Shown here: one piece after another, positions 51,017 to 60,603 of the stretch
Numbering within the stretch: position 1 is the stretch's first letter
Layout: each line of letters begins with the position of its first letter
Assembly (NCBI GenBank): GCA_051878735.1
Contig: JBJEKR010000044.1
Span: 1,412-65,411 of the forward strand
DNA: 64,000 bases
Reading direction: 5' to 3'
DNA from: Prevotella sp.
Lineage (GTDB): Bacteria > Bacteroidota > Bacteroidia > Bacteroidales > Bacteroidaceae
The notes under the pieces: generated by a model
Seen by the model: the letters and a program-made list of their open reading frames with translations, nothing else
Database searches by the model: none
Told to the model about the DNA's origin: nothing
Translations under genes and position numbers: made by a program

Positions 51017-52888
51017 ATGACTACAACAGATATAAAAGACTTGATGCTCTACGGTGAGCGCATCAACATAGAATACAAGGAAGCCTCAAACGATTTACCC
51101 AAATCGCTTTGGGAAACCTATTCTGCTTTTGCCAATACCATTGGAGGTGTCATTGTCTTGGGAATAAAGGAGCATCGCAACATATTTGCCGAAGATCGGT
51201 TTGAAATAAAGGGTGTTGCTGATGCTGACAAAATGCTCAAATCGTTTTGGGACACAATCAACAGCGATAAGGTAAGCCGGAATATTTTGGTTGATGAAGA
51301 TGTGGAATGTATTGATTATGAAGGCAAGACACTCATTGCAATACATGTGCCGATGGCAAACTATACCGTGCGTCCTGTCTATATCAACAAAAACCTGCTG
51401 AGTGGAAGTTTCAAGCGAAACTATGAGGGAGATTATCATTGCACCGACGAGGAAGTGAAGGCGATGTTGCGTGACGCCAATGAAGGCGGAAACGATGGCC
51501 TCATGCTGGAAAACTACGACATGAACGACATCGACCTGCCCACCCTTCATGCCTACCGCAACCATTTTAAGGTGAGAAACGTGGACCATGTCTTCAATCA
51601 GCTTGACGACAAAGACTTTCTCCGCAATATGGGTGGAATGACCACCGACCGAAGCACCCGACGAGAAGGACTGACAATGGCAGGACTGATGATGTTCGGC
51701 AAGGGACTTCCCGTGCGCGACCGCTTCGACAACATACGCATGGACTATATCGACAAAACCAACCTCATAGGTGACAGCCGTTGGAGCGACCGCCTCACCT
51801 ACGACGGCACATGGGAAAACAATCTCTTCAACTTCTTCACTCGCGTAATGCCGAAACTCACAGCAGACCTGAAACGTCCCTTCAAGCTCGAAGGGATGGA
51901 ACGCATAGACGATACCCCTGTCCATAAAGCTGTCAGGGAAGCTATGACGAACATGATAATCCATGCCGACCTATTTATCATTGGTGTGCTGAAAGTGGAG
52001 AAATACGACAAAGAGTTCCTGTTCTCCAACCCTGGCTCCCTGAAGCTTCCCATCGAAGACATCATGAATGGCGGAAACTCCAAGGCCCGCAATCCGCGCA
52101 TCCAGAACATGCTGCGAATGATTGGTTTTGGTGACAACATAGGCAGTGGCTATCCCACCATTTTGAAAGCGTGGAAAGATGAGAATTGGCGAAAGCCCAC
52201 CTTGCTCGACCGCACTGAGTTGAGACAGGTGGACCTGACAATGCCAATGATAAGCCTGTTGCCGGAATCCGTATTGAGCGAAATGAAGGCCTACTATGGA
52301 GAAGAGGGATACCATGCCTTGACCTCAGAAGAGCAAATGATACTGGCATACGTATGGAATGGCGAGAGCGTCAGCAACACCGAGTTGCAGCAGCTGTTAG
52401 GACTGAATTCCATCGAAGTAGGCAAAATCCTTCATCAGATGGTGGAGAAGCAACTGCTGAATAAGGAGAACAAAAGTCGCTGGACAACTTATACTTTACT
52501 CAAAGAAGACACTACTGAATCTATTGGTGAGGAAAAGAGTGAGGAAAAGAGTGATAAAAAGAGTGAGGAAAAGAAAAATGTCACAGATGATGTTACCGAT
52601 AAAGACAAAGGTGGTCAGAAAAGGTGGTCAGAAAAGGCAGTCAGAAAAGGTGGTCAGAAATGTAGTTTAACTACGGAAACCACTACGGAAACTACTACGG
52701 AAACCACTACGGAAACCATTCGCCTACTCATTAAAGAAAATCCTAAGATAACAGGCAAGGAACTTGCTGCAAAATGCCACATAACAGAAGATGGAGTTGC
52801 CTATCACATTAAGAAGTTGAAGCAGTTAGGCAAAATCAAGAGAAAGGGTGGAACGCGTAATGGTGGTTATTGGGAGATGATCCAATAA
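51017..52888 (+). CDS. AlbA_2 (Schlafen-like) + HATPase_c_4 + winged-HTH protein
   Basis: GERINIEYKEA, ETYSAFANT.GG.IVLGI, AVREAMTNMIIHAD, SNPG, RNPRI, GSG; repeat linker; C-terminal HTH ending GGYWE. Confidence 0.88.
   Translation: MTTTDIKDLMLYGERINIEYKEASNDLPKSLWETYSAFANTIGGVIVLGIKEHRNIFAEDRFEIKGVADADKMLKSFWDTINSDKVSRNILVDEDVECIDYEGKTLIAIHVPMANYTVRPVYINKNLLSGSFKRNYEGDYHCTDEEVKAMLRDANEGGNDGLMLENYDMNDIDLPTLHAYRNHFKVRNVDHVFNQLDDKDFLRNMGGMTTDRSTRREGLTMAGLMMFGKGLPVRDRFDNIRMDYIDKTNLIGDSRWSDRLTYDGTWENNLFNFFTRVMPKLTADLKRPFKLEGMERIDDTPVHKAVREAMTNMIIHADLFIIGVLKVEKYDKEFLFSNPGSLKLPIEDIMNGGNSKARNPRIQNMLRMIGFGDNIGSGYPTILKAWKDENWRKPTLLDRTELRQVDLTMPMISLLPESVLSEMKAYYGEEGYHALTSEEQMILAYVWNGESVSNTELQQLLGLNSIEVGKILHQMVEKQLLNKENKSRWTTYTLLKEDTTESIGEEKSEEKSDKKSEEKKNVTDDVTDKDKGGQKRWSEKAVRKGGQKCSLTTETTTETTTETTTETIRLLIKENPKITGKELAAKCHITEDGVAYHIKKLKQLGKIKRKGGTRNGGYWEMIQ
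52527..52717 (+). repeat. Stacked coding tandem repeats: 4x12 bp (EEKS), 2x12 bp (xVTD), 4x13 bp, 4x12 bp (TTET)
   Basis: GTGAGGAAAAGA 52527-52574; AGGTGGTCAGAAA 52609-52660; ACTACGGAAACC 52670-52717. Confidence 0.9.
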
Positions 52889-52916
52889 TAAATCCACATT
52901 ATGAGAAGAGTATGAA

Positions 52917-53192
52917 TTGTTCGGGAATATGCGGATATTGTTCGGAGAAAACTATAAAAGTTCGGGAACAGGTTCGGGAACTCGACGGAAAACCACTGAA
53001 CAAATATTAGAGTTAATAAAGAATAATCCTCAAATGACAGCACCCAAGATTGCCATTGAACTTGGCATTTCAACCCGTGGGGTGGAAAAAAGCCTCCGTC
53101 AATTAAGAGAAACAGGTATTATAAACCTTACTCCAATCACAATTCCTAATAACGTGACGAGCATAGGAGATTATGTTTTCTTCTTTGTGTAG
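52917..53192 (+). pseudogene. Orphan repeat-linker + HTH fragment fused to a BspA-type LRR fragment
   Basis: GTTCGGGAA repeats, ILELIKNNPQMT..KIA.ELGIS.RGVEK.LRQLRE.GII, then ITIPNNVTSIGDYVF. Confidence 0.6.
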
Positions 53193-53546
53193 TTCTTTGG
53201 ACAATTGTAGAACTTAATAGAATCTTCGTGCCGAACTATCATAATCCGTCTTTGCATAGCTGGACACGAGTCGGGGACAAACTTTTTGAAAACACAAAAT
53301 ACAGTATATCATATGATATAGCTCAATGCATTATCGTGGGAACTGACAGACGAGGAGTTTGTCAATGCCGCCATTGAGCCACAGGAGCAGATAAGCAAAG
53401 CGCAATCCCAACTGCTCGGTGTGCCTTCATATTGGCAAGTGGTGGAGTGGAACCGACGCATGTCGGGACTGGTGGTGGAAGTGGCTCGCAATCTGATTTG
53501 CAGTGGAACGGGAAAAAACGCAGAAATAAATGAAGAGATAGTAATA

Positions 53547-55022
53547 TTATTTTAAGGTGATTCTCTTGCTCTCTGTTAGTATTACTACATTCTTGCATGC
53601 ACGAGAAATTGCAACATAAAAATTCTTTTTGTCTGAGAACAAATGCGCATCAACAATAACTACAGTATCAAATTCAAGTCCTTTTGTAAGTAGGGTTGTT
53701 CCCATACAACGTCCTTCGACTTTTCTCCCGATTTGTCGAATACGATTTTTGTATTCAACCATATTGTCATATACTGAAATACCGTTTGAGACTGCATTTT
53801 TCATACAAACAGCCAAGCTATGAAGCAACTCAGGTCTTTTGGGGCGTAAATGCAACGTCTTGTAAAAGAAATTAAATATACTATAAAAGTTGGTCATAGT
53901 ACTGTTATTGATAAATGTGTTACAGCATTCTTCGAGTCCCTTTGATAATTCTTTATTCTTGTCTCGTTTCTGCTTTATGTAGTTTTTCTGAGGTTCAATC
54001 CATTCTTTTAGCTCTGTAACATTAAAGGTGAATTTTGTTAGCACCTCATATATTTTGTATATTTTACGTCGAGACCGTGATATTCCATTTATCAAGTCGT
54101 CAACATCTTTTGATACGGAGTAAAAAGATTTGTCGTCAATAGCTTCAAGAAGGGTGAACGAATGTTCTATTCCTATTCGTTTTCTCATATCAGCCCTATC
54201 TATTATGCCCCCTCTAAGCCTACCTGTTTCTAAGTCCTTGTAGGTTGGCGTTATCAGAAGAATACTATTGTCTTTGAGGTTGTCTATACATTTCCTTATT
54301 GTGTAATATCTATTGTCAATAGTATTATATTCATTTACAAAGAAATGGGCATCTTCATCATGAACAAGTGTGAAGGAAGTCCTGTAAGACAACAGCCTTT
54401 CTCTTATATGGATAATCTTATGACCAAGTTTTTCGCAATTTCCATTCAATTTCCATCGCCAAGGTTCAGTAAGAAAATCAAAATGTTCAAAATCAGCTAA
54501 TTCTTTGTTAAATTCTACTTTCCTTCCTGCGAAAGAGAATATACCTTGTAATTCATCACCCAAAATGTGCGCTGGCATTAAATCAGCCAATCTCATAATC
54601 ATCTGATGCTGGTCTAACGTACAATCCTGATATTCATCGACAAAAACCCCTTGAAAGGAATTCTTTACGACAACTTGCACAGAGACCAAGCTCAATAAAT
54701 CTATAGATTTTTTTATTATAAAATCAAAATAGCCTTTTTCCTCTTGCTCTGGAATCTCGTCTTTATGTACATATGCAAACACCAATCTTTGTGCAAAGCC
54801 TGAAATTGTTTCAAGTTTATATTTGTTGTTTGATATACCAAGTTTCTTGAACTTCGCTCTTAATGAAGCTATACCTGCATGAGTATGTGTCAGAATCAGT
54901 TGCACAGAATCATCGGGGCATAATTTTACACAATTACCTATTGTATGTGTCTTGCCATGCCCAGCAGGTGCTATAAGCAACCCTTTGGGGGCTTTAAGAA
55001 AATCAGTCAATGTCATTTCCAA
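53547..55022 (-). CDS. UvrD-like SF1 helicase (Gabija GajB-like)
   Basis: APAGHGKT, FVDEYQD, LGDELQGIF, TKGLEFD, YVAISRA; overlaps the OLD gene by 20 nt. Confidence 0.85.
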   Translation of the reverse strand: MEMTLTDFLKAPKGLLIAPAGHGKTHTIGNCVKLCPDDSVQLILTHTHAGIASLRAKFKKLGISNNKYKLETISGFAQRLVFAYVHKDEIPEQEEKGYFDFIIKKSIDLLSLVSVQVVVKNSFQGVFVDEYQDCTLDQHQMIMRLADLMPAHILGDELQGIFSFAGRKVEFNKELADFEHFDFLTEPWRWKLNGNCEKLGHKIIHIRERLLSYRTSFTLVHDEDAHFFVNEYNTIDNRYYTIRKCIDNLKDNSILLITPTYKDLETGRLRGGIIDRADMRKRIGIEHSFTLLEAIDDKSFYSVSKDVDDLINGISRSRRKIYKIYEVLTKFTFNVTELKEWIEPQKNYIKQKRDKNKELSKGLEECCNTFINNSTMTNFYSIFNFFYKTLHLRPKRPELLHSLAVCMKNAVSNGISVYDNMVEYKNRIRQIGRKVEGRCMGTTLLTKGLEFDTVVIVDAHLFSDKKNFYVAISRACKNVVILTESKRITLK

Positions 55023-56694
55023 TCCAATAAATTATCTGCTCGTATTCCTTTCTTAATGTACATTTTTCATCCATCTGATTCACGTATTTTATAATAACTC
55101 TCCCCAGTTGTTCGCCATGATGGATGTTTTTATACCAGGACTTGCTTTTGGCTTTATTCCCCAATTTAATTCTCCAATCATTTTGATCTTTTCCCGTGGA
55201 ATTCTTAATTTCATCTACGCTGCCAAAGCCATTAGACGCAATGATTTTCTGTTCTCCATGTTCCTGAATGGCATAGTCTAACAATTCACACACTCCTTCC
55301 CAAGGAAGATCGTTGAATATTTGTTGTTCAATGGCTTTTCCCGTATCGCATAGCACTATCTCAACACCTGTCTTTTGAGCAGAATCCTTATCTTTATCTA
55401 CCTCCCTATTGTCATCGTCACAAAAAACCAAGCTGTCATAACCTATTGATTTGAAAATGTTTGCATGTTTATAGAAACCGTTACCACCTCCACCATCTAT
55501 ATGGACTATTCCCTGTACGGCTAATCCGTAGCCTCTCTTCTCTTGAAGATGGTCACTTATAGCCCTAATAATCCCCTCTTCTGTAGCCCCTTCGCACGAA
55601 ATAATGCGCTTTGCATAAAATGCTGCAGGTTGAGAACGCAAAGTTCCTTGAATGCTATCGGGGAGTTTGAACAATGTCGAATCTCCTTTCCGCATTAAAT
55701 ATATGGAAGAAATATCTGGTTCGACAATTACGTCTTTTGAATGGGTTGTAATAAAGATTTGACCACTATTATTCTTAGATAAAAGACGTGCTAAGTTTCG
55801 TGCTCTATCAGGTTCTAATCCTTGCTCAATTTCATCAACAAGCATAATGCCACCTTCTCCAATTAACCCTTTTTGTATAGCCATAGATAGAAGTCGTTTT
55901 GATCCCTTACCTTGCAAACGATACGGAATATCATCGCTGTGAAGTGTAATATTACTTTCTGTATAGGCGTTTTCTTTAAATTCCAGCATGGTTTTAAGGT
56001 CATTAATTGTCAACCCGATCTGTTTGGCAGAATCCTTCACTTTGGACGTTATTTCCTCAAACTCATTAAAAGTTTTTGCTTCTTTTATCGCCTCATAAGA
56101 ATTTCTCACGACCTCTACCATTTTTTTGTCTATCAATGTTTTATCAACAACCCCTTGCCTTAGGAGGGCATAAAGTGGCGAACCTTTTGAATATGCAAAA
56201 TGATTATCTACATAGTCAGACACCATAAACATATTGAGTTTGGCTCTGTCTGATGCGGAAATAGAGATATTGCCTATATCACGACCACTACAAACTTCCC
56301 ATCTTGGTTCAAGAGTTGCATCTACTGTGAACCTGATGCGCAAGACTATTTGTTCTTGATTGGCATTAGGGTCTTCAATATCCGAAACAACATTGTCTCC
56401 ATCCAATAAATTTATGTATTGGCCATACTTCTGTAGATTGGTCAATTCAACAGGCAGGTCTCCAACAACTGCCTCAATAACAATACCTTGGCTTACATCT
56501 GCATTGTAAAAATCCAAATCGGAAATACTAATATTCCAGTTTGGACATAGGACACATGATATAGCCTTCAATATTGTTGTCTTTCCAGAGTCTCCTCTTC
56601 CAATGAGACATACAAAAGGCTTCATCTGAAAAACTTGGTCAAAGTTCTTAATGCCTCTGAAATTTTCAATATGCAATGAGTGTATACGAGCCAT
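55003..56694 (-). CDS. OLD family ABC-ATPase/TOPRIM nuclease (Gabija GajA-like)
   Basis: ENFRGI, GRGDSGKTT, LVDEIEQGLEP, ITTHS; TOPRIM motifs CEGATE and FCDDD. Confidence 0.88.
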   Translation of the reverse strand: MARIHSLHIENFRGIKNFDQVFQMKPFVCLIGRGDSGKTTILKAISCVLCPNWNISISDLDFYNADVSQGIVIEAVVGDLPVELTNLQKYGQYINLLDGDNVVSDIEDPNANQEQIVLRIRFTVDATLEPRWEVCSGRDIGNISISASDRAKLNMFMVSDYVDNHFAYSKGSPLYALLRQGVVDKTLIDKKMVEVVRNSYEAIKEAKTFNEFEEITSKVKDSAKQIGLTINDLKTMLEFKENAYTESNITLHSDDIPYRLQGKGSKRLLSMAIQKGLIGEGGIMLVDEIEQGLEPDRARNLARLLSKNNSGQIFITTHSKDVIVEPDISSIYLMRKGDSTLFKLPDSIQGTLRSQPAAFYAKRIISCEGATEEGIIRAISDHLQEKRGYGLAVQGIVHIDGGGGNGFYKHANIFKSIGYDSLVFCDDDNREVDKDKDSAQKTGVEIVLCDTGKAIEQQIFNDLPWEGVCELLDYAIQEHGEQKIIASNGFGSVDEIKNSTGKDQNDWRIKLGNKAKSKSWYKNIHHGEQLGRVIIKYVNQMDEKCTLRKEYEQIIYWIGNDID

Positions 56695-56705
56695 AGAGTA
56701 TGTCT

Positions 56706-59672
56706 TTATAATAGTCCGTTTTGAACCTTGTTGTAAACTTCATGGAATACTCGTTCGTTGATGACGTTTTGGAAATTCTTGTTGTCTAAGTATTGACGAC
56801 AAAACTCCGTGTTTTCGTTCATCATCTGAATGACGATAGAAAGTGTCGAACTGAAAGCTTGTTGTTGTGCAGTTTCCTTGTTGCTGTTTTTTGCTGCATT
56901 CACGAAGTTCTCGTCTGACACAAGTTTCTCTGGCAGACTGTCTATCTGCTGTTTTACAGTTTCAATATTCTGCCAGTGAATATCATTGAATTGGTCAAGA
57001 ATATCACTGAGCTTTGCCATTTCTGGTTCGTGCTTACCCCCTTGTCCGCTGCCTACAGGTATAGGATCAATCTCTGTATTCTGATTTTCAAGCACGATAG
57101 TGTGTTCTGCCATCTTTGATACCTGAACCTGTTCCATGTCAATACATTCTTCAAGTCCTTTGGTGAAATCTTCGCCTTTGAGCTTCGGTAATTTGTGAAC
57201 CAGTAGGATGAAGAATGTATAAAGCATTTCCCATTCCATGCTCTTATAGGGTGTTACGGCAGCCACAAAGGGATATGTACGAATAAACGACTTGATGGCA
57301 CTCTTGCACCTGATTTGGCTGCTCTCTTCAAGGGTTTTGAATCTTTCAACCGTCATGTTGATGATAGGGTCAAGCTCACTGCGGTCAGCTCCTGACAGGT
57401 ATTTTTCGTTTATCTCTCTAACTTCTTCTTCCGTATAGATGTTGCGCCCTTCTATTTCGCTGATCAGGTCATTGATCTTGTTCGGGTCAGTCTCTTCCGA
57501 AAGAATGGTTGTCTTGTAGAAACGCTGGAAAGAAGCCTGAATCTTATCTGCATCATTGTAGAAATCAAGCACGAAAGTGTCGTTTTTCAATGGATGACAA
57601 CGGTTCAGGCGTGATAAGGTCTGTACTGCTGCCACATCCGATAATTCTTTGTCCACATACATAGAGTGAAGCAAGGGCTGGTCGTAGCCAGTCTGAAATT
57701 TGTCAGCTACCACAAGTATTCTGTATGGGTCTTCACCCATATTGTCCTCAATATCTTTGGACGGGAAGCCGTTCACGTCAGCTTCTGTCACTTCCTTCCC
57801 ATTGTATTCTTTTTTGCCGGAAAAAGCCACAATAGCCCTATACGGACTGTTTTGTTCCTTCAGCAGTCTGCTTATCTCATAGTAGAAATCTATAGCCCTT
57901 ACTATGCTGCTTGTCACCACCATTGCCCTTGCCTGTCCACCTATCTTCCCTCTGTTCAAAACCGAGGTCTGAAAGTGGCTTACTATAATAGCGGCTTTCT
58001 GATGAATGGTTTCGGGACGGCTTTCCACATAAGCACGGATCTTCTTTGGTGCTTCTTTTTGGTCAAATTCAGGGTCGTCCTCTATCTTCTTGATTACCTT
58101 ATAGAAACTTGCGTAAGTAGTATAGTTCTTCAATACATCCATGATAAAGCCTTCTTCTATAGCCTGTTTCATAGTGTATTCGTGAAATGGTCTGTGCTGT
58201 ATCTTGCCATCAGGCTGTTTCACAGGCATACCGAACATTTCCAATGTTTTGTTTTTGGGCGTTGCCGTGAAAGCATAGTAGTTGGCATTCTTCAACATCT
58301 TTCTTCCCTCAATGATGCTATTCAACTTGTCTTCAAGGTCTGTGCCGTCAGTGGTGGCATTGCCGGAAAGGGCAATGTTCATCTTTGCGGAAAGAGAACC
58401 GTTCTGACTGCTGTGCGCTTCGTCAATGATGATACCGAAACGCTTGTTCTTCATCTCCGTTCCTATCGTCTCCAATATGAATTGGAACTTATGAACAATA
58501 GTGATAATGATTTTCTTGCCATTCTGAAGGGCATTCTTCAATGTCTCCGAAGAATCAGCCCAATCAACGATGTTCGACAATCTTTTGAACGCATTGATAT
58601 TGTCACGAATCTGGTTGTCAAGGTTCACTCTATCCGTAACCACGATGATTGTATCAAGCAGAGGAGTCGTTCCGTCAAGAAGCCCCACCAACTGATATGC
58701 AAGCCATGTGATAGAGTTTGACTTCCCACTGCCTGCAGAGTGTTGTATCAGGAACTTCTGTCCCATGCCACCGTTTCTTGTTGCAGCAAGCAATTTGCGC
58801 ACGGCATCCAGTTGATGATACCGAGGCCAAATGATACTCTCAGATGTCTTTTTCTCTTTCTTGCCTGTTTTCTTGTTTTTTACCTCTTTTGTCTTGTGTA
58901 CGATTTGGGCATAGTTTTCCAATATGTCGGACAGCGACCTTTTCCCAAGCACCTCCTCCCAAAGATAAGCTGTGCGCACACCATTACAATCGGGATTACC
59001 TGCACCTCCGTCCAAACCTTTGTTGAATGGCAGAAACCAAGATGATTTGCCCTTCAATTCCGTACACATTTTTATTTCATCGTCATCTACAGCAAAATGC
59101 ACGGCACAACGCCGCTTCTGCAATATCAATGCGGAAGGGTCGGCTTTTGGGTCACGGTCTGTCTTGTATTGCTTTACGGCATTCTCTACAGTCTGTTTCG
59201 TGTAATGGTTCTTCAATTCCATTGTCATGACAGGCAGACCATTCAGTGAGATACACAGATCGATGCTGTTACTGTTGGAAGGACTGTAATATAGTTGCCT
59301 TATCACACAGAAAATGTTGCGTCTGTACATTTCCTGTGCGCTTGGATTCAGTTCTGATGGCGTGGGATAATACATGTCGAATGTTTCCGTAATGTACTTA
59401 TAACCCTTGCGCAATACGTCCGTTACCCCTCGTTTGCTCAGTTCATTGCTAAGACGCATGAAGAAGTTCCGCTCCGATGATGCATTGGCAAAGCAACCTG
59501 TATTTTCCACCTTCTCCTTTTGAGTGGACAGGATAAATCGCTTTACACGTTCGGTGTCAATGCCGAACTCCTTGTTATAATCGTATGAAACACCTTGCTC
59601 ATAACCCTGTTTGTCACAAAGATATGAGGTAATGATGCTTTCAAGCCCTTTCTCTGAAATATCTGTTGCCAT
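56706..59672 (-). CDS. hsdR: Type I restriction endonuclease subunit R
   Basis: IDL...NGLP..TMELKN nuclease motif, HSAGSGKS, DEAHSSQ, FTATPK, KFQTGYD, QTLSRLNR. Confidence 0.95.
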   Translation of the reverse strand: MATDISEKGLESIITSYLCDKQGYEQGVSYDYNKEFGIDTERVKRFILSTQKEKVENTGCFANASSERNFFMRLSNELSKRGVTDVLRKGYKYITETFDMYYPTPSELNPSAQEMYRRNIFCVIRQLYYSPSNSNSIDLCISLNGLPVMTMELKNHYTKQTVENAVKQYKTDRDPKADPSALILQKRRCAVHFAVDDDEIKMCTELKGKSSWFLPFNKGLDGGAGNPDCNGVRTAYLWEEVLGKRSLSDILENYAQIVHKTKEVKNKKTGKKEKKTSESIIWPRYHQLDAVRKLLAATRNGGMGQKFLIQHSAGSGKSNSITWLAYQLVGLLDGTTPLLDTIIVVTDRVNLDNQIRDNINAFKRLSNIVDWADSSETLKNALQNGKKIIITIVHKFQFILETIGTEMKNKRFGIIIDEAHSSQNGSLSAKMNIALSGNATTDGTDLEDKLNSIIEGRKMLKNANYYAFTATPKNKTLEMFGMPVKQPDGKIQHRPFHEYTMKQAIEEGFIMDVLKNYTTYASFYKVIKKIEDDPEFDQKEAPKKIRAYVESRPETIHQKAAIIVSHFQTSVLNRGKIGGQARAMVVTSSIVRAIDFYYEISRLLKEQNSPYRAIVAFSGKKEYNGKEVTEADVNGFPSKDIEDNMGEDPYRILVVADKFQTGYDQPLLHSMYVDKELSDVAAVQTLSRLNRCHPLKNDTFVLDFYNDADKIQASFQRFYKTTILSEETDPNKINDLISEIEGRNIYTEEEVREINEKYLSGADRSELDPIINMTVERFKTLEESSQIRCKSAIKSFIRTYPFVAAVTPYKSMEWEMLYTFFILLVHKLPKLKGEDFTKGLEECIDMEQVQVSKMAEHTIVLENQNTEIDPIPVGSGQGGKHEPEMAKLSDILDQFNDIHWQNIETVKQQIDSLPEKLVSDENFVNAAKNSNKETAQQQAFSSTLSIVIQMMNENTEFCRQYLDNKNFQNVINERVFHEVYNKVQNGLL

Positions 59673-59687
59673 AAGCGTTTTCTTGTT

Positions 59688-59906
59688 CTATAGTTCCTGC
59701 TTTAATTCTTCATACAAATCTACTGGACCCAAGTGCCAATATTTGGTACTTTCAGACGAAAGTTTCTTGTATAACTTTGAACGATAGATGCGGTTGATGG
59801 CTTCAGCGATACTGATGCCTCTGTCTTCCACCATCCATTGGGCAAGCCACCCAATCTTACATGGCAGCAGCAGATACAGGTTGTCTTGTGTTATTGTTGT
59901 ACTCAT
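59688..59906 (-). CDS. Small helical protein, DUF3791-like partner of DUF3990
   Basis: 72 aa, GISIAEA..RIY.S.LY..L....TKYW; ATGA-coupled to DUF3990. Confidence 0.7.
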   Translation of the reverse strand: MSTTITQDNLYLLLPCKIGWLAQWMVEDRGISIAEAINRIYRSKLYKKLSSESTKYWHLGPVDLYEELKQEL

Positions 59907-60391
59907 AATTTTACTTTTATTGATTCGACAAACTTTATGGCGGTCAACGACTTCTCTGTGTGGAAGAGATATTGATCCACCAGTTTGTATGTTTTCAACT
60001 CCTGGATGAGGGTCGGCATACTGATGATGCCTCCTTCATAAAGCGTGAACTGAGTATATACGCTGTCGTCAGCCACAGGACCATACACGATGTCATAGTC
60101 GTGGGTGAAGCCTCGTTCTGTTCGATTCCTCATGACAAAAGTCACCCATTCCTCTGTAGGTTTCTTGAACAGGAGCACTTTCATGCTCTCCAAAGCTTTG
60201 TGGTCCAATTCGTACACATTCACATAACCTACGTGAACGTCCTTGTCTTTCATCCTTCGCTCTACAAGTTTTTTGGCCTGTGCAAAGGAGGTCGTTGTGT
60301 AGAATCCAGAACCATAGTCCAGCGAACGATTAGGTTGGCGTATCTCCGGGTTTTCTACCACCTCGAAACTTCCATGATATATCTTGCTCAT
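59903..60391 (-). CDS. DUF3990 family protein (ADP-ribosyltransferase-like motifs)
   Basis: IYHGS, DYGSGFYTT, EEWV.FV..NR, YDIVYGPVADD, QYLFHT. Confidence 0.82.
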   Translation of the reverse strand: MSKIYHGSFEVVENPEIRQPNRSLDYGSGFYTTTSFAQAKKLVERRMKDKDVHVGYVNVYELDHKALESMKVLLFKKPTEEWVTFVMRNRTERGFTHDYDIVYGPVADDSVYTQFTLYEGGIISMPTLIQELKTYKLVDQYLFHTEKSLTAIKFVESIKVKL

Positions 60392-60603
60392 TTCTTTCTG
60401 TTGTTAATCATTTCATCAATTTCTTCTATCAGCCAATTGTGCCCTTGGGTGTGGAGCACATCATAGAACTCACAGAAATGTTCTGTGATTCCATATTGCT
60501 CAAACAGGTTCACCACATCTTCTGTTGGCATGTTTTTTGCCTTGGCGTATTGTTCTATGCAGAACGATACAAACATAGCTCTTTCTTCTACTTCGCTTTT
60601 CAT
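60388..60603 (-). CDS. DUF3791 family small protein
   Basis: FVSFCIEQYA, LFEQYG, YDVLHTQG; start ATG 60603 overlaps the hsdS stop (ATGA). Confidence 0.8.
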   Translation of the reverse strand: MKSEVEERAMFVSFCIEQYAKAKNMPTEDVVNLFEQYGITEHFCEFYDVLHTQGHNWLIEEIDEMINNRKK

